A DNA stretch of 64,000 nt from Squalus acanthias (GCA_030390025.1 CM059432.1:51958001-52022000), one strand, 5' to 3'. Shown: positions 47,801 through 60,600, counted from the first letter of the stretch. Notes: generated from the letters alone by a model not told the origin. Numbers and translations: made by a program.

Positions 47801-48910
47801 TCCTTCCATGGCCTCGCCCCTCCCTATCTCTGTAATCTCCTTCAGCCCCACAACCCCCCGAGATAACTGCGCTCCTCTAATTCTGCCCTCTTGAGCACCG
47901 CTGATTATAATCGCTCAACCATTGGTGGCCGTGCCTTCTGTTGCCTAGGCCCTAAGCTCTAGAATTCCCTGCCTAAACCTCTCCGCCTCCCTACTTTCCT
48001 CCTTTAAGACACTCCTTAAAACCAAGCTTTTGGTCACTTGCCCTAATTTCTCCTTATGTGGCTCAGTGCCAAATTTTTTGTCTTATAATACTCCTGTGAA
48101 GCGCCTTGGGACATTTTATTGGCCCAAAAATTTGTGTTGATACGCGAGACTACGCACTGTGTACTCTCGCGTATTCTGTCTCCAATTGCCGGTTTTCTGC
48201 ATGCACTGCGCATGCGCTGAAAACCGGCACTTGGTGAATGGAAAAGGGGGCGGTTCCTAGGTGAACCACGTGCGCGCTACAGGCTGCGCGCATGCAGTGC
48301 ACTTAGTGGTTTCAACGCGCAGGTAAGTATGGAAGATTTTACACATAAAAAAAGGAGGAGTAAGACCCACTTTTAACAAGGTAAGTAGTGAATTAAGTAT
48401 TATTTTGAATTTTTTTTAACAGGTATATCTTTTTTAGAGACTTTAAAGACAGGTAAGTTTATTTTTATAACTTTTTAAAAGATTTTAAATTTTTTCAAAA
48501 ATTTAATTTTTTATTTAAAATGGTTAATTTATTTAACTATACTTATTTTATTAATGTGATGGTTTTTTTTAAATTTAATTGAGGTTTAGCTGTTCTTTTG
48601 GGGGGCTATAGTATTCATAGCTTTCACAGCACTTATGTGAAAGTTATGAATGGAAGATGGTGTGCTGCCATTGGCTCTATCTGAGTCACGTGATCCCACA
48701 GCTCGCACGAATTAACTGCGCCTGTGGGATACGCAAGCCCAGCACAGCAGCTGTCCAGAACATCAAGTTCGTGCGAGCTGGAACTGAAAAAGCCAACGCG
48801 CAGTGAGAGATCGCGGGGAAGCCTTACCCTCGCACGAAGGCTTCCTCACGAATTTTTGGGCCATTATGTTAAAGGCACTTTATAAATACAAGTTGTTGTT
48901 GTTGTTGTTG
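47801..48910 (+). mobile_element. L2 LINE 3' end with (GTT)n tail, interrupted by a MITE
   Basis: catggcctcgcccctccctatctc...gtgaagcgccttgggacatttt|atgttaaaggcact...aagttgttgttgttg. Confidence 0.85.
48121..48862. mobile_element. Harbinger-type MITE
   Basis: Perfect 12-bp TIR ggcccaaaaatt and exact TSD att (48118-48120, 48863-48865). Confidence 0.92.
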
Positions 48911-49449
48911 AAACCTCCTAGAATATGGCCCTCCCAAATAAATCAATCCTACTACCAGGAGAATAGCTAAAGGAATTTCCCTTTCCTCATAGGAGAATAA
49001 AAGGAGCTGCTACTAACCTACAATTTGCAGTATCATCATATCTGCAGCAACACTATCCATTTGAACACTACGATAGATGGATTAAGACTGAGAGACAACA
49101 AGGGATACCATTATAATTGTACTTTTTTTGGATGAGAAAAGGAGAGAAGACAGGAGGAAGGGAACACCACAGGTATTACTTGTGTCTTTTTACATGAGAA
49201 ATGCATGTTGCATGTGGTTAAAACCAAACACCCTGTGACATGGGGTAAACAAAATCATGGAATGATACAGCACAGGAAGCCATTCGGCCCATTGTGGCCA
49301 TGCATTTTTATAGTGCCTTTCTTGATCTTAGGACATCCCAAAGTGCTTCACAGTCAATGAAGTAATTTTTGAAGTGTAGTCACAGGAAAAGAACTTTATA
49401 TTGCTTATTTGTAAATGTACTATCCAGCGTATTACTAAACCAACAGCAT

Positions 49450-49790
49450 TGAGGTGCAACCTTCAGCCTGGAATCAGTTACCTGATCTCAGCTGTGGCAA
49501 TGGTAAGAGGTCTACAATTGACTTCAGTGCCCTGGGTTAGTAAGGGGAAAAGAATCGGCCAGACTTCCTGCTCCTGATTACCATCAACTCCTGCCTGAAA
49601 GTGCATGTGTGGACATCCGGCAAGAAGAAGACTGGGTTCGGTTGATAAATCAAAAAATCCACACGCTCACTATCTATGCTCACATTTTAGGAATGCTAAC
49701 TGCGTTGAGGTATTGGAATGCTGTCAGTACTTCAGTTCTGTACCTTAGTATGAGTCACTACCTTCAAGAGCAGAGAAGACTCGGGAAAAG
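49450..49790 (+). mobile_element. Old tRNA-SINE family copy
   Basis: agttacctgatctcag...cctgctcctgat...tgagtca blocks match the reverse complement of 61045-61428. Confidence 0.55.
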
Positions 49791-50754
49791 ATTCTACTGA
49801 AAACCAGGTTTTTCCTATTAAATATTATTTTCAGCATCTTCAGCAGTGATTCATCCTTACAATGATTGCATTTTTCAACCTCTGATTTACAAAATCTTCA
49901 TGAATCATTTGTTTTGTTTTTGGACACAAAAAAATGTAACTATTTCAAATGTCAGTGTTATTTCTATAGTTCCACGTTGCACATCGTCAAGTTAATCATA
50001 TGGTTCTAGCAAGTCCTCCGAGACACCATTTCTTAATCTGTTCAAAACATTAATGAGAGGAGTATATGCATTACTAATCAACCAGAGCTTTTATTTTGCT
50101 CTAGTACAACAGGATTCTTTTCTGTATCTGCCATGAATAGTCTATTTATTTTCTTTTAAATAATAATTCACCCTGTTGTATTTCCTTCCACCAATGTCTT
50201 TTCCATTCTTTCTGTCTACCTTAAGTCTGGAGGCGGATGGTCTAATTTGTAAGTTTTTCCATGTTTTTTTTCCAAGATTTTGGCCTCGCAGCCAACAGGA
50301 GCTGCAACTTGACAAAAAGTCTTCCTGCTGATTTTCCCACTCCACTAACATCATGAACTCTATCTAGCAGCGACCAAGTTGAGAACCAACCAACCCTGCC
50401 CCCAGAGTTCAACTGACAATTGATACTGGGATTCAAGCTCAAGCATTCTGAATGGATGCTCAAGATATTGTTGCTGATCTGCTCTGAAAGTACAGTTAAA
50501 GAGGAAATGATTCTGTCCATGGCTTAAATCTCTAGGAAAGGCCAGTGGAGATATGTGTATCGAGCATCTGATGCCTTTCAGAACCTCCAAGGATGTAAAG
50601 GTGAAATTTGGGCCAGTGAAACTCGTGTGACTAGTTTCGCTATGGTGCTTCCATGTGAGACAGTGTCATTGTCTACTGTTTGTGCCAATTAAATATTAGT
50701 ACAAGTAGATCCAATTTGTGATCTTTTTAATCTGAGTAAAATGAGAATATTTTT

Positions 50755-51060
50755 CTTTTGTTTTTCCCCTTTTTTCCCTTTCCCACCTGAAGTTAGTGAT
50801 TACTTGGTGTGCAGTTTCATGGATGCTGGCAGCCAAAGTGGCCATTTACCATTCATTATGTATGAGCCCAGACAGTGTGCATTGTCAGGCTATTTGACGA
50901 TGGAGGTATTACTGATCAACCCAATCCTGTAATTACCCAATATACGTAAATGTGCATTTTCTAGAAAAGGGCAATGAGTAGCAACAAGGAGCAGAAAACC
51001 TGGAAGGTTCCTTTACTGCTCCACAGTCAAGGGACAAACAAGGGTACTTTAACCTACAGC
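50755..51060 (-). mobile_element. Old tRNA-SINE family copy (degraded)
   Basis: cctgaag...gtggccatt...tgagcccagacagtg blocks shared with 61045-61300. Confidence 0.45.
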
Positions 51061-51431
51061 TTCCCAGTAATCTATCAGGCTATGTCATAAGTAGCCAAAC
51101 TGAAAACCCAAGTTAAATGCCTCATTAGTTATGTGTGGTTCGTCAATGTTTGTATGTACTTCAGTAGTTGGAACAGAAAATGTTATGTATCATAAACAAA
51201 AGCTTCCTAAAAGCTACATTTTTGACTGTTTCTTGTAATTTTTTTTATACAGTCAATCTCCTGTGCCGTTGCACTTGGGGAGTTCAGACCACGTAGAAGT
51301 TAGAGGGTGGGGAATAATTCAGGAGAAGTTAGAGGGTGGGGAATAATTGGGTTAGAGTGTGCAGACATAATTCAGTCTCCATTTTAAAGTTATACATTCT
51401 GTCCTTATTTTAACATAATATTTTGGTTTAG

Positions 51432-51771
51432 TAACATAGGAACAGGAATAGGCCATTCAGCCCCTCGAGCCTGTTCCACCATTCAGTGAGATCATGGTTG
51501 ATCTGTATCTTAACTCCATCCACCTGTCTTGGTTCCATATCTTTTATACCCTTGTGGGAACATAGGAACAGGAGACGCCCCCACCAGCAGAAAAAGGTTC
51601 TCTCTATTTACCCTATCAATTCCTTTCAAAATCAAATAAACCTCAATCAAATCATCCCTTAACCTTCTATATTCTAGGGAATACAAGCATTGTCTATGTA
51701 ATCCATCCTCATAATCTAGCCCTTGGGTTTCTGGTAATATTCTGGTGAATCTGCGCCGCACTCCTTCCAAC
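51432..51771 (-). mobile_element. CR1 3' fragments
   Basis: aacataggaacagga tail and LYSLEYRRLRDDLIEVY. Confidence 0.8.
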
Positions 51772-52033
51772 ATTTGTTGTTATTAACAGATAATTAGGAA
51801 AACTTAATGACAATTTGGGAAGCAGAGAAGTAGAGTTGGTTGTATCATCGGAGTTTCTCTGAAGTACAGGCTGAGGAGCTGAGCAATGCAAAACTGAGGC
51901 TCTACAGCAACACTACTGGTGGGAAGATTTAATTACAGCACAAGTTTAGATCAGTAGCTTACATTAGAAAACAAAAGTAAAATACTGCGGATGCTGGAAA
52001 GCTTCCATTATAAATGTTGTCATAGGAAATTAT

Positions 52034-52130
52034 AACAACAACAACTTATATTTCTTTTGGCCTTTAATGTAATAAAACATCCCAAAGCGCTTCACAAAAG
52101 CATTATCAAAAAAAAATGGAAAACATTGAC
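52034..52130 (-). mobile_element. L2 3' tail fragment
   Basis: (aac)n tail and catcccaaagcgcttcaca, the reverse complement of the 47801-48910 end. Confidence 0.7.
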
Positions 52131-52153
52131 AAAAAAAGTATGGCAAAAACATT

Positions 52154-52745
52154 AGGGTAGATTTTCGTGTGGCCGCTTCCATCGGGCAGTAGGTGGTCAG
52201 GGTGAGCCCACCACTTGCCCACTGGAAGTGGTACGAGACCCAAACGATTTTCATGGTCTGGCCTCATTACCATTCTATTAGCGAGCTGATTGCACATTTG
52301 GAGCAGCTCGCTGATTAGAGGGGGATGAAAATCTGACAGCTCTACCACGCAGCCCAGCTGGTCGCGGTAAGGTAAGGGGAGGGGAGGTGATCCGAGGGAG
52401 GACTTTGGTGGGTCAGGCATCAAAGGGGAAGATTTTTATGGGGCTTGAAGGAAAATTAATGCTGCTCATGACCTCACGAAATTCATTTGCAAACCTTTTT
52501 TTTCACCTTTTCTGAGTGGCTTACAGCAGTCTCTTTAAGCACCACTGGTTAGGCTGCTCAACGCCAAGTACTAGTGGGCCAATGAGACTCCCAATTATTT
52601 CCAGTAGGCACCTGGGTACCCATTTCAAGACCCCAACCAAAATGGCGGCGAAGCGGACGTTGGTGGGAATGGAGCAGTAACTGCTCCACTGCAATTTTAA
52701 TGGTGTTACCGCCCTGATCCCACCCAGCAGAGGACTATCAACCCT
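52154..52745. mobile_element. Degenerate Harbinger-type MITE
   Basis: Ends agggtagatt / tatcaaccct and a GC-rich body. Confidence 0.5.
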
Positions 52746-53206
52746 GTGAAAACAGGAAATAAGGATTTGTAGACAGAAAGTGCATGTAGAATTTAAGAGT
52801 TCTAATATATCATAAATTGGCCAAGAGGACAATCAGGCAACTATTCTCAATGCCATTCCCTCACTGGCTACTAGAAGGTACAAAAGAGCAGGCCAAGGTA
52901 ACTGTCCCTAAAATTTCTCCTCTCTCCTTCTACGGAAGCATCTGCAGAGTGAATTTTTGTGGGAGTTCTGTCCATTGTCTGCTGTAACTTCAGCAGAAAA
53001 GCCACAAAACCCCGGGGAAACCATTTACGCAGTTTTTCCAGGATTTCCATGGCTCTTCTGCTAGAAGTATGGTGGATGAGTGAGAGAATCCCCCACCCCA
53101 CCCCAAGGAAATTCAACCCCGACCCCCATCTCCATTCACTACCTCCCTGATAGCAGGGCTGAGATTAGGAACTTAAATAAAATATAATTACCCAACCATA
53201 CAGAAG

Positions 53207-53878
53207 TAAATATAGATCTGATGAAATGTCATCAACCTGAAACATTAAAATCCCGTTTCTCTCTGCACAGATGCTGCCTGACGTGCCAGCATTTTCTGTT
53301 TTTATTTCAGATTTCCAGCATCTGCAGTATTTTGCTTTTGAGATAAATGATCCTTTGCATAATTGAAATGGATTTTTTTTTAATGCAGGAAAGGTATTTG
53401 TGGAGCAAATTTAAATGGCTTTGTTTTTTCACACAAATGAAAGAGGAAAAGTATGAATAATTATCCGATACCAAAAGGCCACTTTCTTCAATTATGTTAA
53501 AGGTCTTGTATGGAGACAGAGCTAAAACAGTCACATGTTACTTTGTTCTACAAATGAAATATTTATGAATGAATTTATAGAGCACTGGCACTCAGTCAAA
53601 ATCCTTGACGTTCTTATGTCCTAGACAAAATTGGCATAACAATGTCAGAGCAAGCGCTACAACAGCTGGCAAACCTAACTAAAAAAAATGTTGCTTCCAT
53701 GGGAAATCTGGCTCATGCAATTTATCGGCAGGGAGACATTCCTAGGCATTGAAGTAGTTATAGATCTGATGAAAGGTCATCAACCTGAAACGTTAATCCT
53801 ATATTTCTCTCTCCACAGATGCTGCCTGACCTGCTGAGTGTTTCCAGCATTTTCTATTTTTATTATTAAATATAGATC
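53207..53878 (+). other. Composite: hammerhead-bearing Penelope repeat + duplicated DNA + second hammerhead-bearing repeat
   Basis: 12-bp flanking direct repeat taaatatagatc (53207-53218, 53867-53878), CTGATGA cores at 53218 and 53766, and 53258-53752 duplicates 31553-32027. Confidence 0.88.
53763..53798 (+). ncRNA. Minimal type I hammerhead ribozyme motif
   Basis: gat CTGATGA a aggt catca acct GAAA cgtta atc. Core intact, 4-bp stem II, AACGTT palindrome, short stem I. Confidence 0.62.
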
Positions 53879-56080
53879 ATTGTTCTTTACACAATATCGT
53901 ACATGCAGACCATATTTTAATTTTTTAAACAAAGAAAGGCAGTATTATCTGCAACCACCAAAGCAATCATAACAGTTTTAATCTCGCATCTCTTATTTGC
54001 AAGTGTAGCAATAGAAATTCCGGGAATAAAATTGCTAATCACTTCATTTGTTAACCTGGGATGAGCAAAAATGTGCCACACCAAGTATTAGCACACTTTT
54101 ACCTAAACAGAGAACTGGAACAAATATCTAATCACAGCCTTTTTTGCTGTTGGTGCTGTAATAAAAAAGATTTTGAACAGATCGGTTAACCACACCTCAC
54201 TACGATTTTACAATAATTGCTAAGCCACTGTGCTTTCAAAAACAGAATTCTGATTGATCGTTGTACCTTCTAACTCTGTTAAGTACCGTCAGGCCTTGGA
54301 CACTTATGTGAGATTAAAGCACATGACATTACCAAATCAGACCTATTGATGTCTCATCAGTGCCAATGGACCATTTTGAGCTACTGGATACACTGAAAAT
54401 TTAAAGAAACTCATGTAACTCAAAGAGCCTCCAAGATATACACTATAAAAAGGTTTAATATTTTTAATGTGTTTGAATAGCAGCAGAAAAAGACTTTTTC
54501 TATGCAAACGTACTGGAGAATCAACAATAGGTTATTGAACTAAAGGCAGAATATGGTATTCTGTTCCTTCAGCTGAATATGTTGTACTCAGCTTCCTGGG
54601 GCAGTGTACTGGTTGGTCATCCATTATTGCTTTAATTTTTAATGGAATCAATAGTGTGAATTTTTTTAAAATATATTTAAGTGAGAATTACGTTCATTAT
54701 AAAATTACGGAAGATTCAATCCATTCTCCCCATATACTATTCTACATGAAATACCACTTGTACAGCAAGTATTTTAACTATAAGGGTAGATTTTACAAAT
54801 ATATTTGTTGCAGGCAAAAACATGGACAAGTGACCTTTCAATTCATATTGTGATAAATATATTTGTAATTATCACAGCAGAGAGTGAGGTGGCTATAGAA
54901 ATAGTGGATGCATTAGTTGTCATTTTCCAAAATTCCATAGATTCTGGAACAGTTCCTGCAGATTGGAAGGTAGCAAATACAACCCCACTATTTAAGAAAG
55001 GAGGGAAAGAGAAAATGGGGAAATACAGACCAGTTAGACTGACATCAGTAGTAGGGAAAATGCCAGAATCTATTATTAAGGACGTGATAACAGGGCACTT
55101 AGAAAATAATAATAGGATTGGGTAGAGTCAACACGGATTTATGAAAGGGAAATCGTGTTTGACAAATCTGTTAGAGTTTTTTGAGGTTGTAACTAGCAGA
55201 ATAAATAAGGGGAACCAATGGATGTGGTGTATTTGGATTTTCAGAAGGCATTCGATAAGGTGCCACACAAGAGGTTATTAAACAAAATTAGGGCTCATGG
55301 GATTGGGGGTAATATACTAGCGTGGATTGAGGATTGGTTAACGGACTGAAAACAGACAGTAGGAATAAACAGGTCATTTTCGGGCTGGCAGGCTGTAACT
55401 AGTGAGGTACTGCAAGGATCAGTGCTTGGGCCTCAGCTATTCACAATCTACATCAAAGATTTGGATGAGGGGACCAAATGTAATATATCCAAGTTTGCTG
55501 ATGATACAAAGCTGGGTGGGAATGTAAGTTGTGAGGAGGATGCAAGGAGGCTTCAAGGGGATATAGACAGGCTAAATGAGTGGGCAAGAACATGGCAAAT
55601 GGAATATAATGTGGAGAAATGTGAAGTTATCCAGTTTGGTAGGAAAAATAGAAAAGCAGAGTATTTTTTAAATGGTGAGAGATTGGGAAATGTTGGTGTT
55701 CAGAGGGACCTGAGTGTCCTTGTAGACGAATCACTGAAAGTTAACATGCAGGTACAGCAAGCAATTAGGAAAGCAAATGGTATGTTGGCCTTTATTACAA
55801 GAAGATTTGAGTATAAGAGTAAAGGGGTCTTACTGCAATTATATAGGGCCCTGGTGAGACCACACCTGGAGTATTGTGTCCAGTTCTGGTCTCCTTACCT
55901 AAGGAAGGATATACTTGCCATAGGGGGAGTGCAACGAAGGTTCACCAGACTGGTTCCTGAGATGGGGGGGATTGTCCTATGAGGAGAGATTGAGTAGACT
56001 AGGCCTATATTCTCTAGAGTTTAGAAGAATGAGAGGTGATCTCATTGAAACATACAAAATTCTTACAGGGCTTGACAGGG

Positions 56081-57122
56081 TTGTGGTGGTTGAAGGTCAA
56101 TCATCACAGCCCCCGGACATCATTGCAAGAGTTCCTCAGGGCAGTGTCCTAGGCCCATCCATCTTCAGCTGCTTCATCAATGACCTTCGTGCCAACATAA
56201 GGTCAGAAATGGGGATGTTCGCTGATGACTGCACAGTGTTCAGCGCCATTCACAACTCCTCAGATAATGAAGCAGTCCATGCCCACATGCAACAAGACCT
56301 GGATGACGTTCAGGCCTGGGCTGATAAGTGGCAGGTAACATTCACGCCACAGAAGTGTCAGGCAATGACTATCTCCAACAAGCGAGAGTCTAACCACCGC
56401 CCATTGACATTCAACGGCATTACCATCGCCGAATCCGCCACCATCAACATCCTGGGGGTCACCATTGACCAGAAACTTTACTGGACCAGCCACATAAATG
56501 CTGTGGCAACAAGAGCAGGTCAGAGGCTAAGTATTCTGTGGTGAGTATCTCACCTCCTGACTCCCCAAAGCCTTTCCACCATCTACAAGGCACAAGTAAG
56601 GAGTGTGATGGAATACTCTCCACTTGCCTGGATGAGTGCAGCTCCAACAACACTCAAGAAGCTCGACACCATACAGGACAAAGCAGCCCACTTGATTGGC
56701 ACCCCATCCACCACCTTAAACATTCACTCCCTCCACCACCAGCATACCATGGCTGCAGTGTGTACCATCTACAAGATGCACTGCAGCAACTCGCCAAGGC
56801 TTCTTCAGCAGCACCTCCCAAACCCGTGACCTCTTCCACCTAGAAGGACAAGGGCAGCAGGCGCAAGGGAACACCACCACCTCCAAGTTCCCCTCCAAGT
56901 CACACACCATCCTGACTTGGAAATATATCGCCGATCCTTCATCGTCACTGGGTCAAAATTCTGGAACTCCCTACCTAACAGCATTGTGGGAGTACCTTCA
57001 CCACACGGATTGCAGCGTTTCAAGAAGGCGGCTCACCACCACCTTCGCAAGGGCAATTAGGAATGGGCAATAAATGCTGACCTTGCCAGCGATGCCCACA
57101 TCCCATAAAGAAATGTTTAAAA
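56081..57122 (+). mobile_element. 5'-truncated LINE of a second CR1-clade family
   Basis: [38 protein letters not shown] and an A-rich tail. Confidence 0.88.
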
Positions 57123-57383
57123 AGATGCAGGGAGGATGTTTCCCCTGGCTGGGGAGTCTAGAACCAGGGGACACAGTCTCAGAATAAGGGGTCGGCCATT
57201 TAGGACTGAGATGAGGTGCAATTTCTTCACTCAGACGGTGGTAAATCGTTGGAATTCTCTACCCCAGAGGGCTGTGGAGGCTCAGTCGTTGAGTATATTC
57301 AAGACAGAGAACGATAGATTTTTGAATATTAAGAGAATCATGGGATATGGGGATAGTGCAGGAAAGTGGAGTTGAGGTAGAAG

Positions 57384-58607
57384 GGTAGATGAGGGTAGTG
57401 CATTTGATGTAGTGTATATGGACTTTAGCAAGGCTTTTGATAAGGTTCCACATGGCAGACTGGTCACGAAGTTAAAAGCCCATTGGATCCAGGGCAAAGT
57501 GTCAAGTTGGATTCAAAACTGGCTCGGAGACAGGAAGCAGAGGGTAATGGTTGATGGGTGTTTTTGTGACTGGAAGGCTGTTTCCAGTGGGGTTCCGCAG
57601 GGCTCAGTACTAGGTCCCTTGCTTTTTGTGCTATAAATCAACGATCTAGACTTGAATCTAGGGGGTATGATTAAGAAGTTTACAGATGATACTAAAATTG
57701 GCTGTGTGGTTGATACTGAAGAAGGAAGCTGTAGACTGCAGGAAGATATCAATAAATTGGTCATGTGGGCAGAACAGTGGCAAATGGAATTCAATCCGGA
57801 GAAGTGTGAGGTAATGCATTTGGGGAGGGCTAACAAGGAAAGGGAATACACATTAAATGGTAGGACACTGAGTAGTGTAGAGGAACAAAGGGACCTTGGA
57901 GTGCATGTCCACAGATCCCTGAAGGTAGCAGGCCAAGTAGATAAGGTGGTTAAGAAGGCATACGGAACGCTTGCCTTTATTAGCTGTGGCATAGAATACA
58001 AGAGCAGGGGGGTTATGCTTCAACTGTATAAAACACTAGTTAGGCCTCAGCTAGAGTACTGCGTGCAGTTCTGGACACCACATTACAGGAAAGATGTGAT
58101 TGCACTAGAGAGGGTACAGAGGAGATTTACAAGGATGTTGCCGGGAGTAGAGAATCTTAGCTATGAGGAAAGACTGGATAGGCTGGGTCTGTTTTCCTTG
58201 GAACAGAGGAGGCTGAGGGGAGACCTTATTGAGGTGTATAAAATTATGAGGAGCATAGATAAAGTGGATAGAAAGGACCTATTTCCCTTAGCAGAGGGGT
58301 CAAAAACCAGGGGGCACAGATTTAAAGTACAGTAACTAGAGGAAGGTTTATAGGGGATTTGAGGGGAAATTTCTTCACCCAGAGGGTTGTGGGGGTCTGG
58401 AACTCACTGCCTGAAAGGGTGGTAGAGGCAGGAACCGTAACCACATTTAAAAAGTACTTGGATGTGCACTTGGGATGCTCTAACCTGCAGGGCTACAGAC
58501 CAAGAGCTTGGAAGTGGGATTAGGCTGGTTAGCTCTTTGTTGGCCAGCGCGGACACGATGGGCCGAAATGGCCTCCTTCTGTGCTGTAACTTTCTATGAT
58601 TCTATGA
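57384..58607 (+). mobile_element. 5'-truncated CR1 (family C)
   Basis: [41 protein letters not shown] and a tctatgattctatga tail. Confidence 0.92.
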
Positions 58608-58706
58608 TCAGCCATGATCTTATTGAATGGCGGAGCAGGCTCGAAGGGCCAAATGGCCTACTCCTGCTCCTATTTCTTATGTTCTTATTTTCTTATATTT
58701 GACCTT

Positions 58707-60370
58707 GGGGGAATTTTTCGGGGGCTCAGCGGGCACGTTTGGTGGCGGGGCGGGTGGGAAAATGATTTTTTCTGACACCAGGTCGGGAACCCACTGTCAT
58801 CCCACCGCCACGCTACTTTCCTAGATATCGGGTCTGTCAGGGCTGAACAGACCCAACACGCAGCAGCAGGGGAGGAAATTTAGGTCATTATGACCTTGTT
58901 AACAGCCCATTAAACAGTATTTTGGGCTCACCGTACCATTTTACGAGGTTGCCCATGGGATCCACGTCAGGTAAGGAGGTCGGGAGTTGTGTCACCATGG
59001 GATCATCTCATTACTTGACAGCTGCAAATGTGCTATAAAAGCTCCCATCTCACAGCTGTTTACTTTCCAAGCTCAGAAGCTGTTGCTTACTGCATTTGGA
59101 AGACAAATTGAGCTTTATGCAGGTTGCAAGTGTTTGGAGCAAACTCGCTATCCAGTGTCATCACGTTGGAACAACCTCTCTCACCATTGACAGATCGCTT
59201 CTGTCATCTCAAGTTCACCTGCCATCTATCACATCAGCATCAGTGCCCTTTATACTGTCTCACCTTGGTCCTCAGAATCCCACCACGATCAGCCCCAACT
59301 CCAGCAGCACCAGGCACACCAGCAGCACCAACAACAACCCCAACCTTCTCTGCAATCAACTGATGCTGCACAGGACAGAGGCATCAGCACCCGACCACAT
59401 TGCTGCCCAGGAGGCCAGGGATGGCCTCGTTATGGCCAGATTTACTTCACTTGAAGCTGTACACCCTGGCTGACACATGATGCGCCAGGTTGGCACCACC
59501 CCACACCAACACCATAAAGCATCCCTACAATGACCAAGCCATTCCTTTCACACTCATCACCATTGCGGGTATCGATATGTCTCACCATTCACTGCAACTC
59601 ACAAAGCCACTTCCAAAGGTTCACACAAATCTGTCCAAGAATGCAAAGTGTTGAAATTAAAGGCTTCAATGTTTGACAGCACATTAAGAGAAACTTCATA
59701 TGAACATTGGATAAAACATCCAAGTGCCTACCCTTGTGTGTTGTTAATTGGTATGATTGCACTAGGATGAGGGTGAGTGTGAGGGGTGGCTAGTGAGATG
59801 GGGAAGTGATAATGTAGATAGAGAGGAATGGTTGGAGGTGGAAGGTAAGTTGGTGTGAGTAAGGATGTGCAGGAGTAGGGTAGGGAAGGCAGAGTGATGG
59901 GGATGTGATGAGTGGCACAGCAGGATGAGGTTGAGTGTGGCTTGGCAGTAACATTTCATGATCTGCTGAGATCATTGAAAGGTTGGAGCCACTGCAGCCT
60001 GGTCCTCCTGATGACATCCCTGCTTGTGCCCTCCTGTGCAATGTGCAACCAGGCTTTGTTGATATCCTGGGAGGTCTCTTCCGCCCATGGGAAGGGAAGA
60101 GAACCTCCCTGCGTGCTGTGACACCCTCCATAAGCATATGGTGGGAGTCATCTGAGAACCTGGGTGCAGCCGTGCACCTCTGTGCAGTGCTTGTCAGTGT
60201 TTGCAGCACCTCAAATTTGCGCATGGTCCCTTTAAGGAAACCGGCTGATGATAAACAAGCCCAATCAATGTAAAATCATTCTATAGAGTGGGCTGGAGCC
60301 AGCAGCGGAGTTGGGACACGCCACCGACGTCTCCCGCACCAGACCCGCCGAGGTTGGGGAAATCGCGGCC
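58707..60370 (+). mobile_element. Non-autonomous Harbinger derivative with Myb-like remnant (third copy)
   Basis: Exact TSD ctt (58704-58706, 60371-60373) and minus-strand AAPRFSDDSHHMLMEGVTARREVLFPSHGRKRP. Confidence 0.85.
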
Positions 60371-60476
60371 CTTGTGTTTAGATATTTTTAGTTGTGACAG
60401 GAATGGATACTGTTTCATTCTCAGTGTTGGTGCTGAGTTCAGAAGCACTTTTCCAAATTACTTCTACACCTATTAT

Positions 60477-60600
60477 TGAATGTCATCGACCTGAAACATT
60501 AACTGTTTCTCTCTCCACAGATGCAGCCTGACCTGCTGAGTATTTCCAGCATTTTCTGTTTTTATTTCAGATTTCCAGCATCCGCAGTTTTTTGCTTTTG
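60477..60600 (+). mobile_element. Penelope-derived short repeat, hammerhead 5'-truncated
   Basis: gtcatcgacctgaaacattaac...acagatgcagcctgacctgctgagtatttccagc...ttttgcttttg. Confidence 0.82.

Larger units (their letters stand above)
46737..48925. mobile_element. Old hAT-like MITE split by nested insertions
   Basis: Begins taggggtgccaa; gaggtcatgtgatg rejoins aaacctcc across the L2 insert. Right end poorly defined. Confidence 0.45.
54886..58697 (+). mobile_element. CR1 family A (pieces 54886-56080, 57123-57383, 58606-58697) with two nested LINEs
   Basis: DWKVANTTPLFKKG, DFQKAFDKVPH, FADDTKL. cttgacaggg rejoins agatgcaggg, gaggtagaag rejoins atcagccatg, and the element ends in a ttcttatg tail. 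Confidence 0.9.

Noticed and set aside
49950..50740. Host exon or pseudogene in unique, moderately GC-rich DNA
   Set aside because: All frames after the candidate splice acceptors on both strands hit stops, and no protein family is recognisable.
51295..51348. 25-bp direct repeat, and the similar 19-bp repeat at 32033-32074
   Set aside because: Simple local slippage-type duplications with no further structure.
55972..56544. 190-aa ORF as a novel RT protein
   Set aside because: Chance in-frame fusion of a CR1 C-terminus with a nested LINE; domain order is scrambled.
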